Assembly: GCA_964016885.1 (NCBI GenBank)
Contig: OZ024742.1
Span: 73,222,001 to 73,286,000 of the forward strand
Source of the DNA: Eledone cirrhosa
Taxonomy: Eukaryota
Direction: 5' to 3'
DNA: 64,000 bases
Position 1 is the first letter of the stretch. Each line of letters opens with the position of its first letter. The notes below the pieces were generated by a model. That model searched no databases. It was not told the origin of the DNA and worked only from the letters and a program-made list of their open reading frames with translations. Positions 23,901 through 38,900 of the stretch are shown here, in pieces. The position numbers and the translations under genes are program-made.

Positions 23901-26900
23901 CTTGGCTGTAGTTGGACTTATCAGAAAAGAACTGTAGGACCTTGGCTGTAGTTGGACTATCAGAAAAGAAGTGTAGGACCTTGACTATAGTTGGACTTAT
24001 CAGTAAAGAACTGTACGACCTTGGCTATAGTTGGACTATCAGTAAAGAACTGTAGGACCTTGGCTATAGTTGGACTATCAGTAAAGAACTGTAGGACCTT
24101 GGCTGTAGTTGGACTATCAGTAAAGAACTGGAGGACCTTGGCTGTAGTTGCACTATCAGTAAAGAACTGTAGGACCTTGGCTTTAATTGGACTATCAGTA
24201 AAGAAATGTAGGACCTTGGCTATAGTTGGACTTATCAGTAAAGTACAGTAGGACCTTGGCTATAGTTGGACTATCAGTAAAGAACTGCAGGACCTTGGCT
24301 GTAGTTGGACTATCAGTAAACAACTGTAGGACCTTGGCTATAATTGGACTATCAGTAAATTACTGTAGGACCTTGGCTATATTTGGATTTATCAATAAAG
24401 TACTGTAGGACCTTGGCTGTAGTTGGACCATCAGAAAAGAACTGTAGGACCTTGGCTGCAGTTGGACTATCAGTAAAGAACTGTAGGACCTTGACTATAG
24501 TTGGACTTATCAGTAAAGAACTGTACGACCTTGGCTATAGTTGGACTATCAGTAAAGAACTGTAGGACCTTGGCTGTAGTTGAACTATCAGTAAAGAACT
24601 GTAGGACCTTGGGTATAGTTGGACTATCAGTAAGGAACTGTAGGACCTTGGCTATAGTTGGACTATCAGTAAAGAACTGTAGGACCTTGGCTGTAGTTGG
24701 ACTATCAGTAAAGAACTGTAGGACCTTGACTATAGTTGGACTTATCAGTAAAGAACTGTAGGACCTTGTCTATAGTTGGACTATCAGTAAAGAACTGTAG
24801 GACCTTGGCTGTAGTTGGACTATCAGTAAAGAACTGTAGGAGATTGGCTATAGTTGGACTATCAGTAAAGAACTGTAGGACCTTGTCTATAGTTGGACTA
24901 TCAGTAAAAAACTGTAGGACCTTGGCTATAGTTGGACTATCAGTAAAGAACTGTAGGACCTTGGCTATAGTTGGACTATCAGTAAAAAACTGTAGGACCT
25001 TGTCTATAGTTGGACTATCAGTAAAGAACTGTAGGACCTTGGCTGTAGTTGGACTATCAGTAAAGAACTGTAGGACCTTGGCTATAGTTGGACTTATCAG
25101 TAAAGAACTGTAGGACCTTGGCTATAGTTTGACTTATCAGTAAAAAACTGTAGGACCTTGGCTATAGTTGGACTATCAGTAAAGAACTGTAGGACCTTGG
25201 CTATAGTTGGACTATCAGTAAAGAACTGTAGGACCTTGGCTGTCGTTGGACTATCAGTAAAGAACTGTAGGACCTTGGCTATAGTTGGACTATCCGTAAG
25301 CAACTGTAAGACCTTGGCTATAGTTGGACTATCAGTAAAGAACTGTAGGACCTTGGCTATAGTTGGACTATCAGTAAAGAACTGTAGGACCTAGGCTATA
25401 GTTGGACTATCAGTAAAGAACTGTAGGAGATTGGCTATAGTTGGACTATCAGTAAAGAACTGTAGGTCCTTGGCTATAGTTGGACTTATCAGTAAAGAAC
25501 TGTAGGACCTTGGCTATAGTTGGACTATCAGTAAAGAGGTGTAGGACCTTGGCTATAGTTAGACTTATCAGTAAAGAACTGTAGGACCTTGGCTATAGTT
25601 GGACTATCAGTAAAGAACTGTAGGACCTTGGCTGTGGTTGAACTATCAGTAAAGAAATGCAGGACCTTGGCTATAGTTGGACTTATCAGTAAAGAATTGT
25701 AGGACCTTGGCTATAGTTGGACTTATCAGTAAAGAATTGTAGGACCTTGGCTATAGTTGGACTATCAGTAAAGAACTGTAGGACCTTGGCTGTAGTTGGA
25801 CTATCAGTAAAGAACTGTAAGACCATGGCTGTAGTTGAACTATCAGTAAATTACTGTAGGAACTTGGCTATAGTTGGACTATCAGTAAAGTACTGTAGGA
25901 CCTTGGCTGTAGTTGGACTATCAGAAAAGAACTGTAGGACCTTGGCTGCAGTTGGACTATCAGAAAAGAAGTGTAGGACCTTGACTATAGTTGGACTTAT
26001 CAGTAAAGAACTGTACGACCTTGGCTATAGTTGGACTATCAGTAAAGAACTGTAGGACCTTGGCTATAGTTGGACTATCAGTAAAGAACTGTAGGACCTT
26101 GGCTGTAGTTGGACTATCAGTAAAGAACTGGAGGACCTTGGCTGTAGTTGCACTATCAGTAAAGAACTGTAGGACCTTGGCTATAATTGGACTATCAGTA
26201 AACAACTGTAGGACCTTGGCTATAATTGGACTATCAGTAAATTACTGTAGGACCTTGGCTATATTTGGATTTATCAATAAAGTACTGTAGGACCTTGGCT
26301 GTAGTTGGACCATCAGAAAAGAACTGTAGGACCTTGGCTGCAGTTGGACTATCAGTAAAGAACTGTAGGACCTTGACTGTAGTTGGACTTATCAGAAAAG
26401 AACTGTAGGACCTTGGCTGTAGTTGGACTATCAGTAAAGAACTGTAGGACCTTGGCTATAGTTGGACTTATCAGTAAAGAACTGTACGACCTTGGCTATA
26501 GTTGGACTATCAGTAAAGAACTGTAGGACCTTGGCTGTAGTTGAACTATCAGTAAAGAACTGTAGGACCTTGGGTATAGTTGGACTATCAGTAAGGAACT
26601 GTAGGACCTTGGCTATAGTTGGACTATCAGTAAAGAACTGTAGGACCTTGGCTATAGTTGGACTTATCAGTAAAGAACTGTACGACCTTGGCTATAGTTG
26701 GACTATCAGTAAAGAACTGTAGGACCTTGGCTGTAGTTGAACTATCAGTAAAGAACTGTAGGACCTTGGGTATAGTTGGACTATCAGTAAGGAACTGTAG
26801 GACCTTGGCTATAGTTGGACTATCAGTAAAGAACTGTAGGACCTTGGCTGTAGTTGGACTATCAGTAAAGAACTGTAGGACCTTGGCTGTAGTTGGACTA

Positions 26901-29900
26901 TCAGTAAAGAACTGTAGGAGATTGGCTATAGTTGGACTATCAGTAAAGAACTGTAGGACCTTGTCTATAGATGGACTATCAGTAAAGAACTGTAGGACCT
27001 TGGCTGTAGTTGGACTATCAGTAAAGAACTGTAGGACCTTGGCTATAGTTGGACTATCAGTAAAGAACTGTAGGAGATTGGCTATAGTTGTACTATCAGT
27101 AAAGAACTGTAGGACCTTGGCTGTAGTTGGACTATCAGTAAAGAACTGTAGGACCTTGGCTATAGTTGGACTTATCAGTAAAGAACTGTAGGACCTTGGC
27201 TATAGTTTGACTTATCAGTAAAAAACTGTAGGACCTTGGCTATAGTTGGACTATCAGTAAAGAACTGTAGGACCTTGGCTATAGTTGGACTATCAGTAAA
27301 GAACTGTAGGACCTTGGCTGTCGTTGGACTATCAGTAAAGAACTGTAGGACCTTGGCTATAGTTGGACTATCCGTAAGCAACTGTAAGACCTTGGCTATA
27401 GTTGGACTATCAGTAAAGAACTGTAGGACCTTGGCTATAGTTGGACTATCAGTAAAGAACTGTAGGACCTAGGCTATAGTTGGACTATCAGTAAAGAACT
27501 GTAGGAGATTGGCTATAGTTGGACTATCAGTAAAGAACTGTAGGTCCTTGGCTATAGTTGGACTTATCAGTAAAGAACTGTAGGACCTTGGCTATAGTTG
27601 GACTATCAGTAAAGAGGTGTAGGACCTTGGCTATAGTTAGACTTATCAGTAAAGAACTGTAGGACCTTGGCTATAGTTGGACTATCAGTAAAGAACTGTA
27701 GGACCTTGGCTGTGGTTGAACTATCAGTAAATTACTGTAGGACCTTGGCTATAGTTGGACTATCAGTAAAGAACTGTAGGACCTTGGCTATAGTTGGACA
27801 ATCAGTAAAGAACTGTAGGACCTTGGCTATAGTTGGACTATCAGTAAAGAACTGTAGAACCTTGGCTGTGGTTGAACTATCAGTAAAGAACTGTAGGACC
27901 TTGGCTATAGTTGGACTATCAGTAAAGAACTGTAGGACCTTGGCTGTAGTTGGACTATCAGTAAAGAACAGTAGGACCTTGGCTGTAGTTGGACTATCAG
28001 TAAAGAACTGTAGGGCCTTGGCTATAGTTGGACTATCAGTAAAGAACTGTAAGACCTTGGCTATAGTTGGACTTATCAGTAAAGAACTGTAGGACCTTGG
28101 CTATAGTTGGACAATCAGTAAAGAACTGTAGGACCTTGGCTATAGTTGGACTTATCAGTAAATAACTGTAGGACCTTGGCTATAGTTGGACTATCAGTTA
28201 AGAAGTGTAGGACCTTGGCTATAGTTAGACTTATCAGTAAAGAAGTGTAGGACCTTGGCTGTAGTTGGACTATCAGTAATGAACTGTAGGACCTAGGCTA
28301 TAGTTGGACTATCAGTAAAGAACTGTAGGACCTTGGCTATAGTTGGACTATCAGTAAAGAACTGTAGGAGATTGGCTATAGTTGGACTATCAGTAAAGAA
28401 CTGTAGGACCTTGGCTGTAGTTGGACTATCAGTAAAGAACTGTAGGACCTTGGCTGTTGTTGGACTATCAGAAAAGAACTGTAGGACCTTGGCTGTAGTT
28501 GGACTATCAGTAAAGAAATGTAGGATCTTGGCTGTAGTTGCACTATCAGTAAACAACTGTAGGACCTTGGCTATAATTGGACTATCAGTAAAGAACTGTA
28601 GGACCTTGGCTCTAGTTGGACTTATCAGTAAAGAAATGCAGGACCTTGGCTATAGTTGGACTTATCAGTAAAGAATTGTAGGACCTTGGCTATAGTTGGA
28701 CTATCAGTAAAGAACAGTAGGACCTTGGCTGTAGTTGAACTATTAGTAAATTACTGTAGGAACTTGGCTATATTTGGACTTATCAGTAAAGAACTGTAGG
28801 ACCTTGGCTATAGTTGGACTATCAGTAAAGTACTGTAGGACCTTGGCTGTAGTTGGACTATCAGAAAAGAACTGTAGGACCTTGGCTGCAGTTGGACTAT
28901 CAGTAAAGAACTGTAGGACCTTGGCTGTAGTTGGACTTATCAGAAAAGAACTGTAGGACCTTGACTGTAGTTGGACTATCAGAAAAGAAGTGTAGGACCT
29001 TGACTATAGTTGGACTTATCAGTAAAGAACTGTACGACCTTGGCTATAGTTGGACTATCAGTAAAGAACTGTAGGACCTTGGCTATGGTTGGACTATCAG
29101 AAAAGAACTGTAGGACCTTGGTTGTAGTTGGACTATCAGTAAATTACTGTAGGACCTTGGCTGTAGTTGGACTATCAGTAAAGAACTGTAGGACCTTGGC
29201 TATGGTTGGACTATCAGAAAAGAACTGTAGGACCTTGGCTGTAGTTGGACTATCAGTAAAGAACTGTAGGACCTTGGCTGTAGTTGGACTATCAGTAAAG
29301 AACTGTAAAACCTTGGCTGTAGTTGGACTATCAGTAAAGAACTGTAGGACAGGGCTGTGGTTGAACTATCTGAAAAGAACTGTAGGACCTTGGCTATAGT
29401 TGGACTATCAGTAAAGAACTCTAGGACAGGGCTGTAGTTGGACTATCAGAAAAGAACTGTAGGACCTTGGCTGTAGTTGGACTATCAGTAAAGAACTGTA
29501 GGACCTTGGCTATAGTTGGACTATCAGAAAAGAACTGTAAAACCTTGGCTGTAGTTGTACTATCAGTAAAGAACTGTAGGACCTTGGCTATAGCTGGACT
29601 ATCAGTAAAGAACTGTAGGACCTTGGCTATAGTTGGACTATCAGTAAAGAACTGTAGGACCTTGGCTATAGTTGGACTATCAGTAAAGAACTGTAGGACC
29701 TTGGCTATAGTTGGACTATCAGTAAAGTACTGTAGGACCTTGGCTGTAGTTGGACCATGAGAAAAGAACTGTAGTACCTTGGCTGCAGTTAGACTATCAG
29801 AAAAGAACTGTAGGACCTTGGTTGTAGTTGGACTATCAGTAAAGAACTGTAGGATCTTGGCTATAGTTGGACTATCAGTAAAGAACTGTAGGAACTTGGC

Positions 29901-32900
29901 TATAGTTGGACTAAAAGTAAAGAACTGTAGGACCTTGGCTATAGTTGGACTATCAGAAAAGAACTGTAAAACCTTGGCTGTAGTTGGACTATCAGTAAAG
30001 AACTGTAGGACCTTGGCTATAGTTGGACTATCAGAAAAGAACTGTAGGACCATGGCTGTAGTTGCACTATCAGTAAACAACTGTAGGACCTTGGATATAA
30101 TTGGACTATCAGTAAAGAACTGTAGGACCTTGGCTCTAGTTGGACTTATCAGTAAAGAAATGCAAGACCTTGGCTATAGTTGGACTTATCAGTAAAGAAT
30201 TGTAGGACCTTGGCTATAGTTGGACTTATCAGTAAAGAATTGTAGGACCTTGGCTATAGTTGGACTATCAGTAAAGAACAGTAGGACCTTGGCTGTAGTT
30301 GAACTATCAGTAAATTACTGTAGGAACTTGGCTATATTTGGACTTATCAGTAAAGAACTGTAGGACCTTGGCTATAGTTGGACTATCAGTAAAGTACTGT
30401 AGGACCTTGGCTGTAGTTGGACTATCAGAAAAGAACTGTAGGACCTTGGCTGCAGTTGGACTATCAGTAAAGAACTGTAGGACCTTGGCTGTAGTTGGAC
30501 TTATCAGAAAAGAACTGTAGGACCTTGGCTGTAGTTGGACTATCAGAAAAGAAGTGTAGGACCTTGGCTATAGTTGGACTATCAGTAAAGAACTGTACGA
30601 CCTTGGCTATAGTTGGACTATCAGTAAAGAACTGTAGGACCTTGGCTATAGTTGGACTATCAGTAAAGAACTGTAGGACCTTGGCTGTAGTTGGACTATC
30701 AGTAAAGAACTGGAAAACCTTGGCTGTAGTTGCACTATCAGTAAAGAACTGTAGGACCTTGGCTATAATTGGACTATCAGTAAAGAAATGTAGGACCTTG
30801 GCTATAGTTGGACTTATCAGTAAAGTACAGTAGGACCTTGGCTATAGTTGGACTATCAGTAAAGAACTGCAGGACCTTGGCTGTAGTTGGACTATCAGTA
30901 AACAACTGTAGGACCTTGACTATAATTGGACTATCAGTAAATTACTGTAGGACCTTGGCTATATTTGGATTTATCAGTAAAGTACTGTAGGACCTTGGCT
31001 GTAGTTGGACCATCAGAAAAGAACTGTAGGACCTTGGCTGCAGTTGGACTATCAGTAAAGAACTGTAGGACCTTGACTGTAGTTGGACTTATCAGTAAAG
31101 AACTGTAGACCTTGGCTATAGTTGGACTATCAGTAAAGAACTGTAGGACCTTGGCTGTAGTTGGACCATCAGTAAAGAACTGTAGGACCTTGGGTATAGT
31201 TGGACTATCAGTAAGGAACTGTAGGACCTTGGCTATAGTTGGACTATCAGTAAAGAACTGTAGGACCTTGGCTGTAGTTTTACTATCAGTAAAGAACTGT
31301 AGGACCTTGACTATAGTTGTACTTATCAGTAAAGAACTGTAGGACCTTGTCTATAGTTGTACTATCAGTAAAGAACTGTAGGACCTTGGCTGTAGTTGGA
31401 CTATCAGTAAAGAACTGTAGGAGATTGGCTATAGTTGGACTATCAGTAAACAACTGTAGGACCTTGTCTATAGTTGGACTATCAGTAAAGAACTGTCGGA
31501 CATTGTCTATAGTTGGACTATCAGTAAAGAACTGTAGGACCTTGTCTATAGTTGGACTATCAGTAAAGAACTGTAGGACCTTGGCTGTAGTTGGACTATC
31601 AGTAAAGAACTGTAGGACCTTGGCTGTAGTTGAACTATCAGTAAAGAACTGTAGGACCTTGTCTATAGATGGACTATCAGTAAAGAACTGTAGGACCTTG
31701 GCTATAGTTGGACTATCAGTAAAGAACTGTAGGACCTTGGCTATAGTTGGACTATCAGTAAAGAACTGTAGGACCTTGGCTGTAGTTGGACTATCAGTAA
31801 AGAACTGTAGGACCTTGGCTATAGTTGGACTTATCAGTAAAGAACTGTAGGACCTTGGCTATAGTTTGACTTATCAGTAAAAAACTGTAGGACCTTGGCT
31901 ATAGTTGGACTTATCAGTAAAGAACTGTAGGACCTTGGCTGTAGTTGGACTATCAGTAAAGAACTGTAGGACCTTGGCTATAGTTGGACTATCAGTAAAG
32001 AACTGTAGGACCTTGGCTGTCGTTGGACTATCAGTAAAGAACTGTAGGACCTTGGCTATAGTTGGACTATCCGTAAGCAACTGTAAGACCTTGGCTATAG
32101 TTGGACTATCAGTAAAGAACTGTAGGACCTTGGCTATAGTTGGACTATCAGTAAAGAACTGTAGGACCTAGGCTATAGTTGGACTATCAGTAAAGAACTG
32201 TAGGAGATTGGCTATAGTTGGACTATCAGTAAAGAACTGTAGGTCCTTGGCTATAGTTGGACTTATCAGTAAAGAACTGTAGGACCTTGGCTATAGTTGG
32301 ACTATCAGTAAGGAACTGTAGGACCTTGGCTATAGTTGGACTATCAGTAAAGAACTGTAGGACCTTGGCTATAGTTGGACTATCAGTAAAGAACTGTAGG
32401 ACCTTGGCTATAGTTGGACTATCAGTAATGAACTGTAGGACCTTGGCTGTAGTTGGACTATCAGTAAAGAACAGTAGGACCTTGGCTATAGTTGGACTAT
32501 CAGTAAAGAACTGTAGGACCTTGTCTATAGTTGGACTATCAGTAAAGAACTGTAGGACCTTGGCTGTAGTTGGACTATCAGTAAAGAACTGTAGGACCTT
32601 GGCTATAGTTGGACTTATCAGTAAAGAACTGTAGGACCTTGGCTATAGTTTGACTTATCAGTAAAAAACTGTAGGACCTTGGCTATAGTTGGACTATCAG
32701 TAAAGAACTGTAGGACCTTGGCTGTAGTTGGACTATCAGTAAAGAACTGTAGGACCTTGGCTATAGTTGGACTATCAGTAAAGAACTGTAGGACCTTGGC
32801 TATAGTTGGACTATCAGTAAAGAACTGTAGGACCTTGGCTGTCGTTGGACTATCAGTAAAGAACTGTAGGACCTTGGCTATAGTTGGACTATCCGTAAGC

Positions 32901-35900
32901 AACTGTAAGACCTTGGCTATAGTTGGACTATCAGTAAAGAACTGTAGGACCTTGGCTATAGTTGGACTATCAGTAAAGAACTGTAGGACCTTGGCTATAG
33001 TTGGACTATCAGTAAAGAACTGTAGGACCTTGGCTGTCGTTGGACTATCAGTAAAGAACTGTAGGACCTTGGCTATAGTTGGACTATCCGTAAGCAACTG
33101 TAAGACCTTGGCTATAGTTGGACTATCAGTAAAGAACTGTAGGACCTTGGCTGTAGTTGGACTATCAGTAAAGAACTGTAGGACCTTGGCTATAGTTGGA
33201 CTATCCGTAAGCAACTGTAAGACCTTGGCCATAGTTGGACTTATCAGTAAAGAACTGTAGGACCTTGGCTATAGTTGGACTATCAGTAAAGAACTGTAGG
33301 ACCTAGGCTATAGTTGGACTATCAGTAAAGAACTGTAGGACCTTGGCTATAGTTGGACTATCAGTAAAGAGGTGTAGGACCTTGGCTATAGTTAGACTTA
33401 TCAGTAAAGAACTGTAGGACCTTGGCTATAGTTGGACTATCAGTAAAGAACTGTAGGACCTTGGCTGTGGTTGAACTATCAGTAAATTACTGTAGGACCT
33501 TGGCTATAGTTGGACGATCAGTAAAGAACTGTAGGACCTTGGCTATAGTTGGACTATCAGTAAAGAACTGTAGGACCTTGGCTATAGTTGGACAATCAGT
33601 AAAGAACTGTAGGACCTTGGCTATAGTTGGACTATCAGTAAAGAACTGTAGAACCTTGGCTGTGGTTGAACTATCAGTAAAGAACTGTAGGACCTTGGCT
33701 GTAGTTGGACTATCAGTAAAGAACTGTAGGACCTTGGCTATAGTTGGACTATCAGTAAAGAACTGTAGGACCTTGGCTGTAGTTGGACTATCAGTAAAGA
33801 ACTGTAGGACCTTGGCTATAGTTCGACTATCAGTAAAGAACTGTAGAACCTTGGCTATAGTTGGACTTATCAGTAAAGAACTGTAGGACCTTGGCTATAG
33901 TTGGACTATCAGTAAAGAACTGTAGGACCTTGGCTATAGTTGGACTATCAGTAAAGAACTGTAGGACCTTGGCTATAGTTGGACTTATCAGTAAAGAACT
34001 GTAGGACCTTGGCTATAGTTGGACTATCAGTAAAGAACTGTAGGACCTTGGCTATAGTTGGACTATCAGTAAAGAACTGTAGGACCTTGGCTGTAGTTGG
34101 ACTATCAGTAAAGAACTGTAGGACCTTGGCTATAGTTCGACTATCAGTAAAGAACTGTAGGAGATTGGCTATAGTTGGACTATCAGTAAAGAACTGTAGG
34201 ACCTTGGCTGTAGTTGGACTATCAGTAAAGAACTGTAGGACCTTGGCTATAGTTGGACTATCAGTAAAGAACTGTAGGACCTTGGCTATAGTTGGACTAT
34301 CAGTAAAGAACTGTAGGACCTTGGCTGTAGTTGGACTATCAGTAAAGAACTGTAGGACCTTGGCTATAGTTGGACTATCAGTAAAGAACTGTAGAACCTT
34401 GGCTGTGGTTGAACTATCAGTAAAGAACTGTAGGACCTTGGCTGTAGTTGGACTATCAGTAAAGAACTGTAGGATCTTGGCTATAGTTGGACAATCAGTA
34501 AAGAACTGTAGGACCTTGGCTATAGTTCGACTATCAGTAAAGAACTGTAGAACCTTGGCTGTGGTTGAACTATCAGTAAAGAACTGTAGGACCTTGGCTA
34601 TAGTTGGACTATCAGTAAAGAACTGTAGGACCTTGGCTGTAGTTGGACTATCAGTAAAGAACAGTAGGACCTTGGCTATAGTTGGACTGTCAGTAAAGAA
34701 CTGTAGGACCTTGGCTGTAGTTGGACTTATCAGTAAATAACTGTAGGACCTTGGCTATAGTTGTACTATCAGTTAAGAAGTGTAGGACCTTGGCTATAGT
34801 TAGACTTATCAGTAAAGAAGTGTAGGACATTGGCTGTAGTTGGACTATCAGTAATGAACTGTAGGACCTTGGCTGTAGTTGGACTATCAGTAAAGAACTG
34901 TAGGACCTTGGCTATAGTTGGACTATCAGTAAAGAACTGTAGGACCTTGGCTATAGTTGGACTATCCGTAAGCAACTGTGGGACCTTGGCTATAGTTGGA
35001 CTATCAGTAAAGAAATGTAGGACCTTGGCTATAGTTGGACTATCAGTAAAGAACTGTAGGAGATTGGCTATAGTTGGACTATCAGTAAAGAACTGTAGGA
35101 CCTTGGCTATAGTTGGACTATCAGTAAAGAACTGTAGGACCTTGGCTGTAGTTGGACTATCAGTAAAGAACTGTAGGACCTTGGCTATAGTTGGACTATC
35201 AGTAAAGAACTGTAGGAGATTGGCTATAGTTGGACTTATCAGTAAAGAACTGTAGGACCTTGGCTATAGTTGGACTATCAGTAAAGAACTGTAGGAGATT
35301 GGCTATAGTTGGACTATCAGTAAAGAACTGTAGGACCTTGGCTGTAGTTGGACTATCAGTAAAGAACTGTAGGACCTTGGCTATATTTGGACTTATCAGT
35401 AAAGAACTGTAGGACCTTGGCTGTAGTTGGACTATCAGTAAAGAACTGTAGGACCTTGGCTATAGTTGGACTATCAGTAAAGAACTGTAGGAGATTGGCT
35501 ATAGTTAGACTTATCAGTAAAGAACTGTAGGACCTGGGCTGTAGTTGGACTATCAGTAAAGAACTGTAGGACCTTGGCTATAGTTGGACTTATCAGTAAA
35601 GAACTGTAGGACCTTGGCTGTAGTTGGACTATCAGTAAAGAACTGTAGGACCTTGGCTATAGTTGGACTATCAGTAAAGAACTGTAGGAGATTGGCTATA
35701 GTTGGACTATCAGTAAAGAACTGTAGGACCTTGGCTGTAGTTGGACTATCAGTAAAGAACTGTAGGACCTTGGCTATATTTGGACTTATCAGTAAAGAAC
35801 TGTAGGACCTTGGCTATAGTTGGACTATCAGTAAAGAACTGTAGGACCTTGGCTAAAGTTGGACTATCAGTAAAAAACTGTAGGACCTTGGCTATAGTTG

Positions 35901-38900
35901 GACTATCAGTAAAGAACTGTAGGACTTTGGCTATAGTTGGACTATCAGTAAAGAACTGTAGAACCTTGGCTGTAGTTGGACTATCAGTAAAGAAGTGTAG
36001 GACATTGGCTGTAGTTGGACTATCAGTAATGAACTGTAGGACCTTGGCTGTAGTTGGACTATCAGTAAAGAACTGTAGAACCTTGGTTGTAGTTGGACTA
36101 TCAGTAAAGAACTGTAAGACCTTGGCTATAGTTGGACTTATCAGTAAAGAACTGTAGGACCTTGGCTATAGTTGGACTATCAGTAAAGAACTGTAGAACC
36201 TTGGTTGTAGTTGGACTATCAGTAAAGAACTGTAAGATTTTGGCTATAGTTGGACTTATCAGTAAAGAACTGTAGGACCTTGGCTATAGTTGGACTATCA
36301 GTAAAGAACTGTAGGACCTTGGCTATAGTTGGACTATCAGTAAATAACTGTAGGACCTTGGCTGTAGTTGGACTATCAGTAAAGAACTGTAGGACCTTGG
36401 CTATAGTTGGACTATCAGTAAAGAACTGTAGGACCTTGGCTGTAGTTGGACTATCAGTAAAGAACTGTAGGACCTTGGCTATAGTTGGACTATCAGTAAA
36501 TAACTGTAGGACCTTGGCTGTAGTTGGACTATCAGTAAAGAACTGTAGGACCTTGGCTATAGTTGGACTATCAGTAAATAACTGTAGGACCTTGGCTGTA
36601 GTTGGACTATCAGTAAAGAACTGTAGGACCTTGGCTATAGTTGGACTATCAGTAAATAACTGTAGGACCTTGGCTGTAGTTGGACTATCAGTAAAGAACT
36701 GTAGGACCTTGGCTATAGTTGGACTATCAGTAAAGAACTGTAGGACCTTGGCTATAGTTGGACTATCAGTAAATAACTGTAGGACCTTGGCTGTAGTTGG
36801 ACTATCAGTAAAGAACTGTAGGACCTTGGCTATAGTTGGACTATCAGTAAAGAACTGTAGGAGATTGGCTATAGTTAGACTTATCAGTAAAGAACTGTAG
36901 GACCTTGGCTGTAGTTGGACTATCAGTAAAGAACTGTAGGACCTTGGCTATAGTTGGACTATCAGTAAAGAACTGTAGGACCTTGGCTGTAGTTGGACTA
37001 TCAGTAAAGAACTGTAGGACCTTGGCTATAGTTGGACTTATCAGTAAAGAACTGTAGGACCTTGGCTGTAGTTGGACTATCAGTAAAGAACTGTAGGACC
37101 TTGGCTATAGTTGGACTATCAGTAAAGAACTGTAGGACCTTGGCTATAATTGGACTATCAGTAAATTACTGTAGGACCTTGGCTATATTTGGATTTATCA
37201 GTAAAGTACTGTAGGACCTTGGCTGTAGTTGGACCATCAGAAAAGAACTGTAGGACCTTGGCTGCAGTTGGACTATCAGTAAAGAACTGTAGGACCTTGA
37301 CTGTAGTTGGACTTATCAGTAAAGAACTGTAGACCTTGGCTATAGTTGGACTATCAGTAAAGAACTGTAGGACCTTGGCTGTAGTTGGACTATCAGTAAA
37401 GAACTGTAGGACCTTGGGTATAGTTGGACTATCAGTAAGGAACTGTAGGACCTTGGCTATAGTTGGACTATCAGTAAAGAACTGTAGGACCTTGGCTGTA
37501 GTTGGACTATCAGTAAAGAACTGTAGGACCTTGACTATAGTTGGACTTATCAGTAAAGAACTGTAGGACCTTGTCTATAGTTGTACTATCAGTAAAGAAC
37601 TGTAGGACCTTGGCTGTAGTTGGACTATCAGTAAAGAACTGTAGGAGATTGGCTATAGTTGGACTATCAGTAAAGAACTGTAGGACCTTGTCTATAGTTG
37701 GACTATCAGTAAAAAACTGTAGGACCTTGGCTATAGTTGGACTATCAGTAAAGAACTGTAGGACCTTGGCTGTAGTTGGACTATCAGTAAAGAACTGTAG
37801 GACCTTGGCTATAGTTGGACTATCAGTAAAGAACTGTAGGACCTTGTCTATAGTTGGACTATCAGTAAAGAACTGTAGGACCTTGGCTGTAGTTGGACTA
37901 TCAGTAAAGAACTGTAGGACCTTGGCTATAGTTGGACTATCAGTAAAGAACTGTAGGAGATTGGCTATAGTTGTACTATCAGTAAAGAACTGTAGGACCT
38001 TGGCTATAGTTGGACTTATCAGTAAAGAACTGTAGGACCTTGGCTGTAGTTGGACTATCAGTAAAGAACTGTAGGACCTTGGCTATAGTTGGACTATCAG
38101 TAAAGAACTGTAGGACCTTGGCTATAATTGGACTATCAGTAAATTACTGTAGGACCTTGGCTATATTTGGATTTATCAGTAAAGTACTGTAGGACCTTGG
38201 CTGTAGTTGGACCATCAGAAAAGAACTGTAGGACCTTGGCTGCAGTTGGACTATCAGTAAAGAACTGTAGGACCTTGACTGTAGTTGGACTTATCAGTAA
38301 AGAACTGTAGACCTTGGCTATAGTTGGACTATCAGTAAAGAACTGTAGGACCTTGGCTGTAGTTGGACTATCAGTAAAGAACTGTAGGACCTTGGGTATA
38401 GTTGGACTATCAGTAAGGAACTGTAGGACCTTGGCTATAGTTGGACTATCAGTAAAGAACTGTAGGACCTTGACTATAGTTGGACTTATCAGTAAAGAAC
38501 TGTAGGACCTTGTCTATAGTTGTACTATCAGTAAAGAACTGTAGGACCTTGGCTGTAGTTGGACTATCAGTAAAGAACTGTAGGAGATTGGCTATAGTTG
38601 GACTATCAGTAAAGAACTGTAGGACCTTGTCTATAGTTGGACTATCAGTAAAAAACTGTAGGACCTTGGCTATAGTTGGACTATCAGTAAAGAACTGTAG
38701 GACCTTGGCTGTAGTTGGACTATCAGTAAAGAACTGTAGGACCTTGGCTGTAGTTGGACTATCAGTAAAGAACTGTAGGACCTTGTCTATAGATGGACTT
38801 ATCAGTAAAGAACTGTAGGACCTTGGCTGTAGTTGGACTATCAGTAAAGAACTGTAGGACCTTGACTGTAGTTGGACTATCAGAAAAGAAGTGTAGGACC

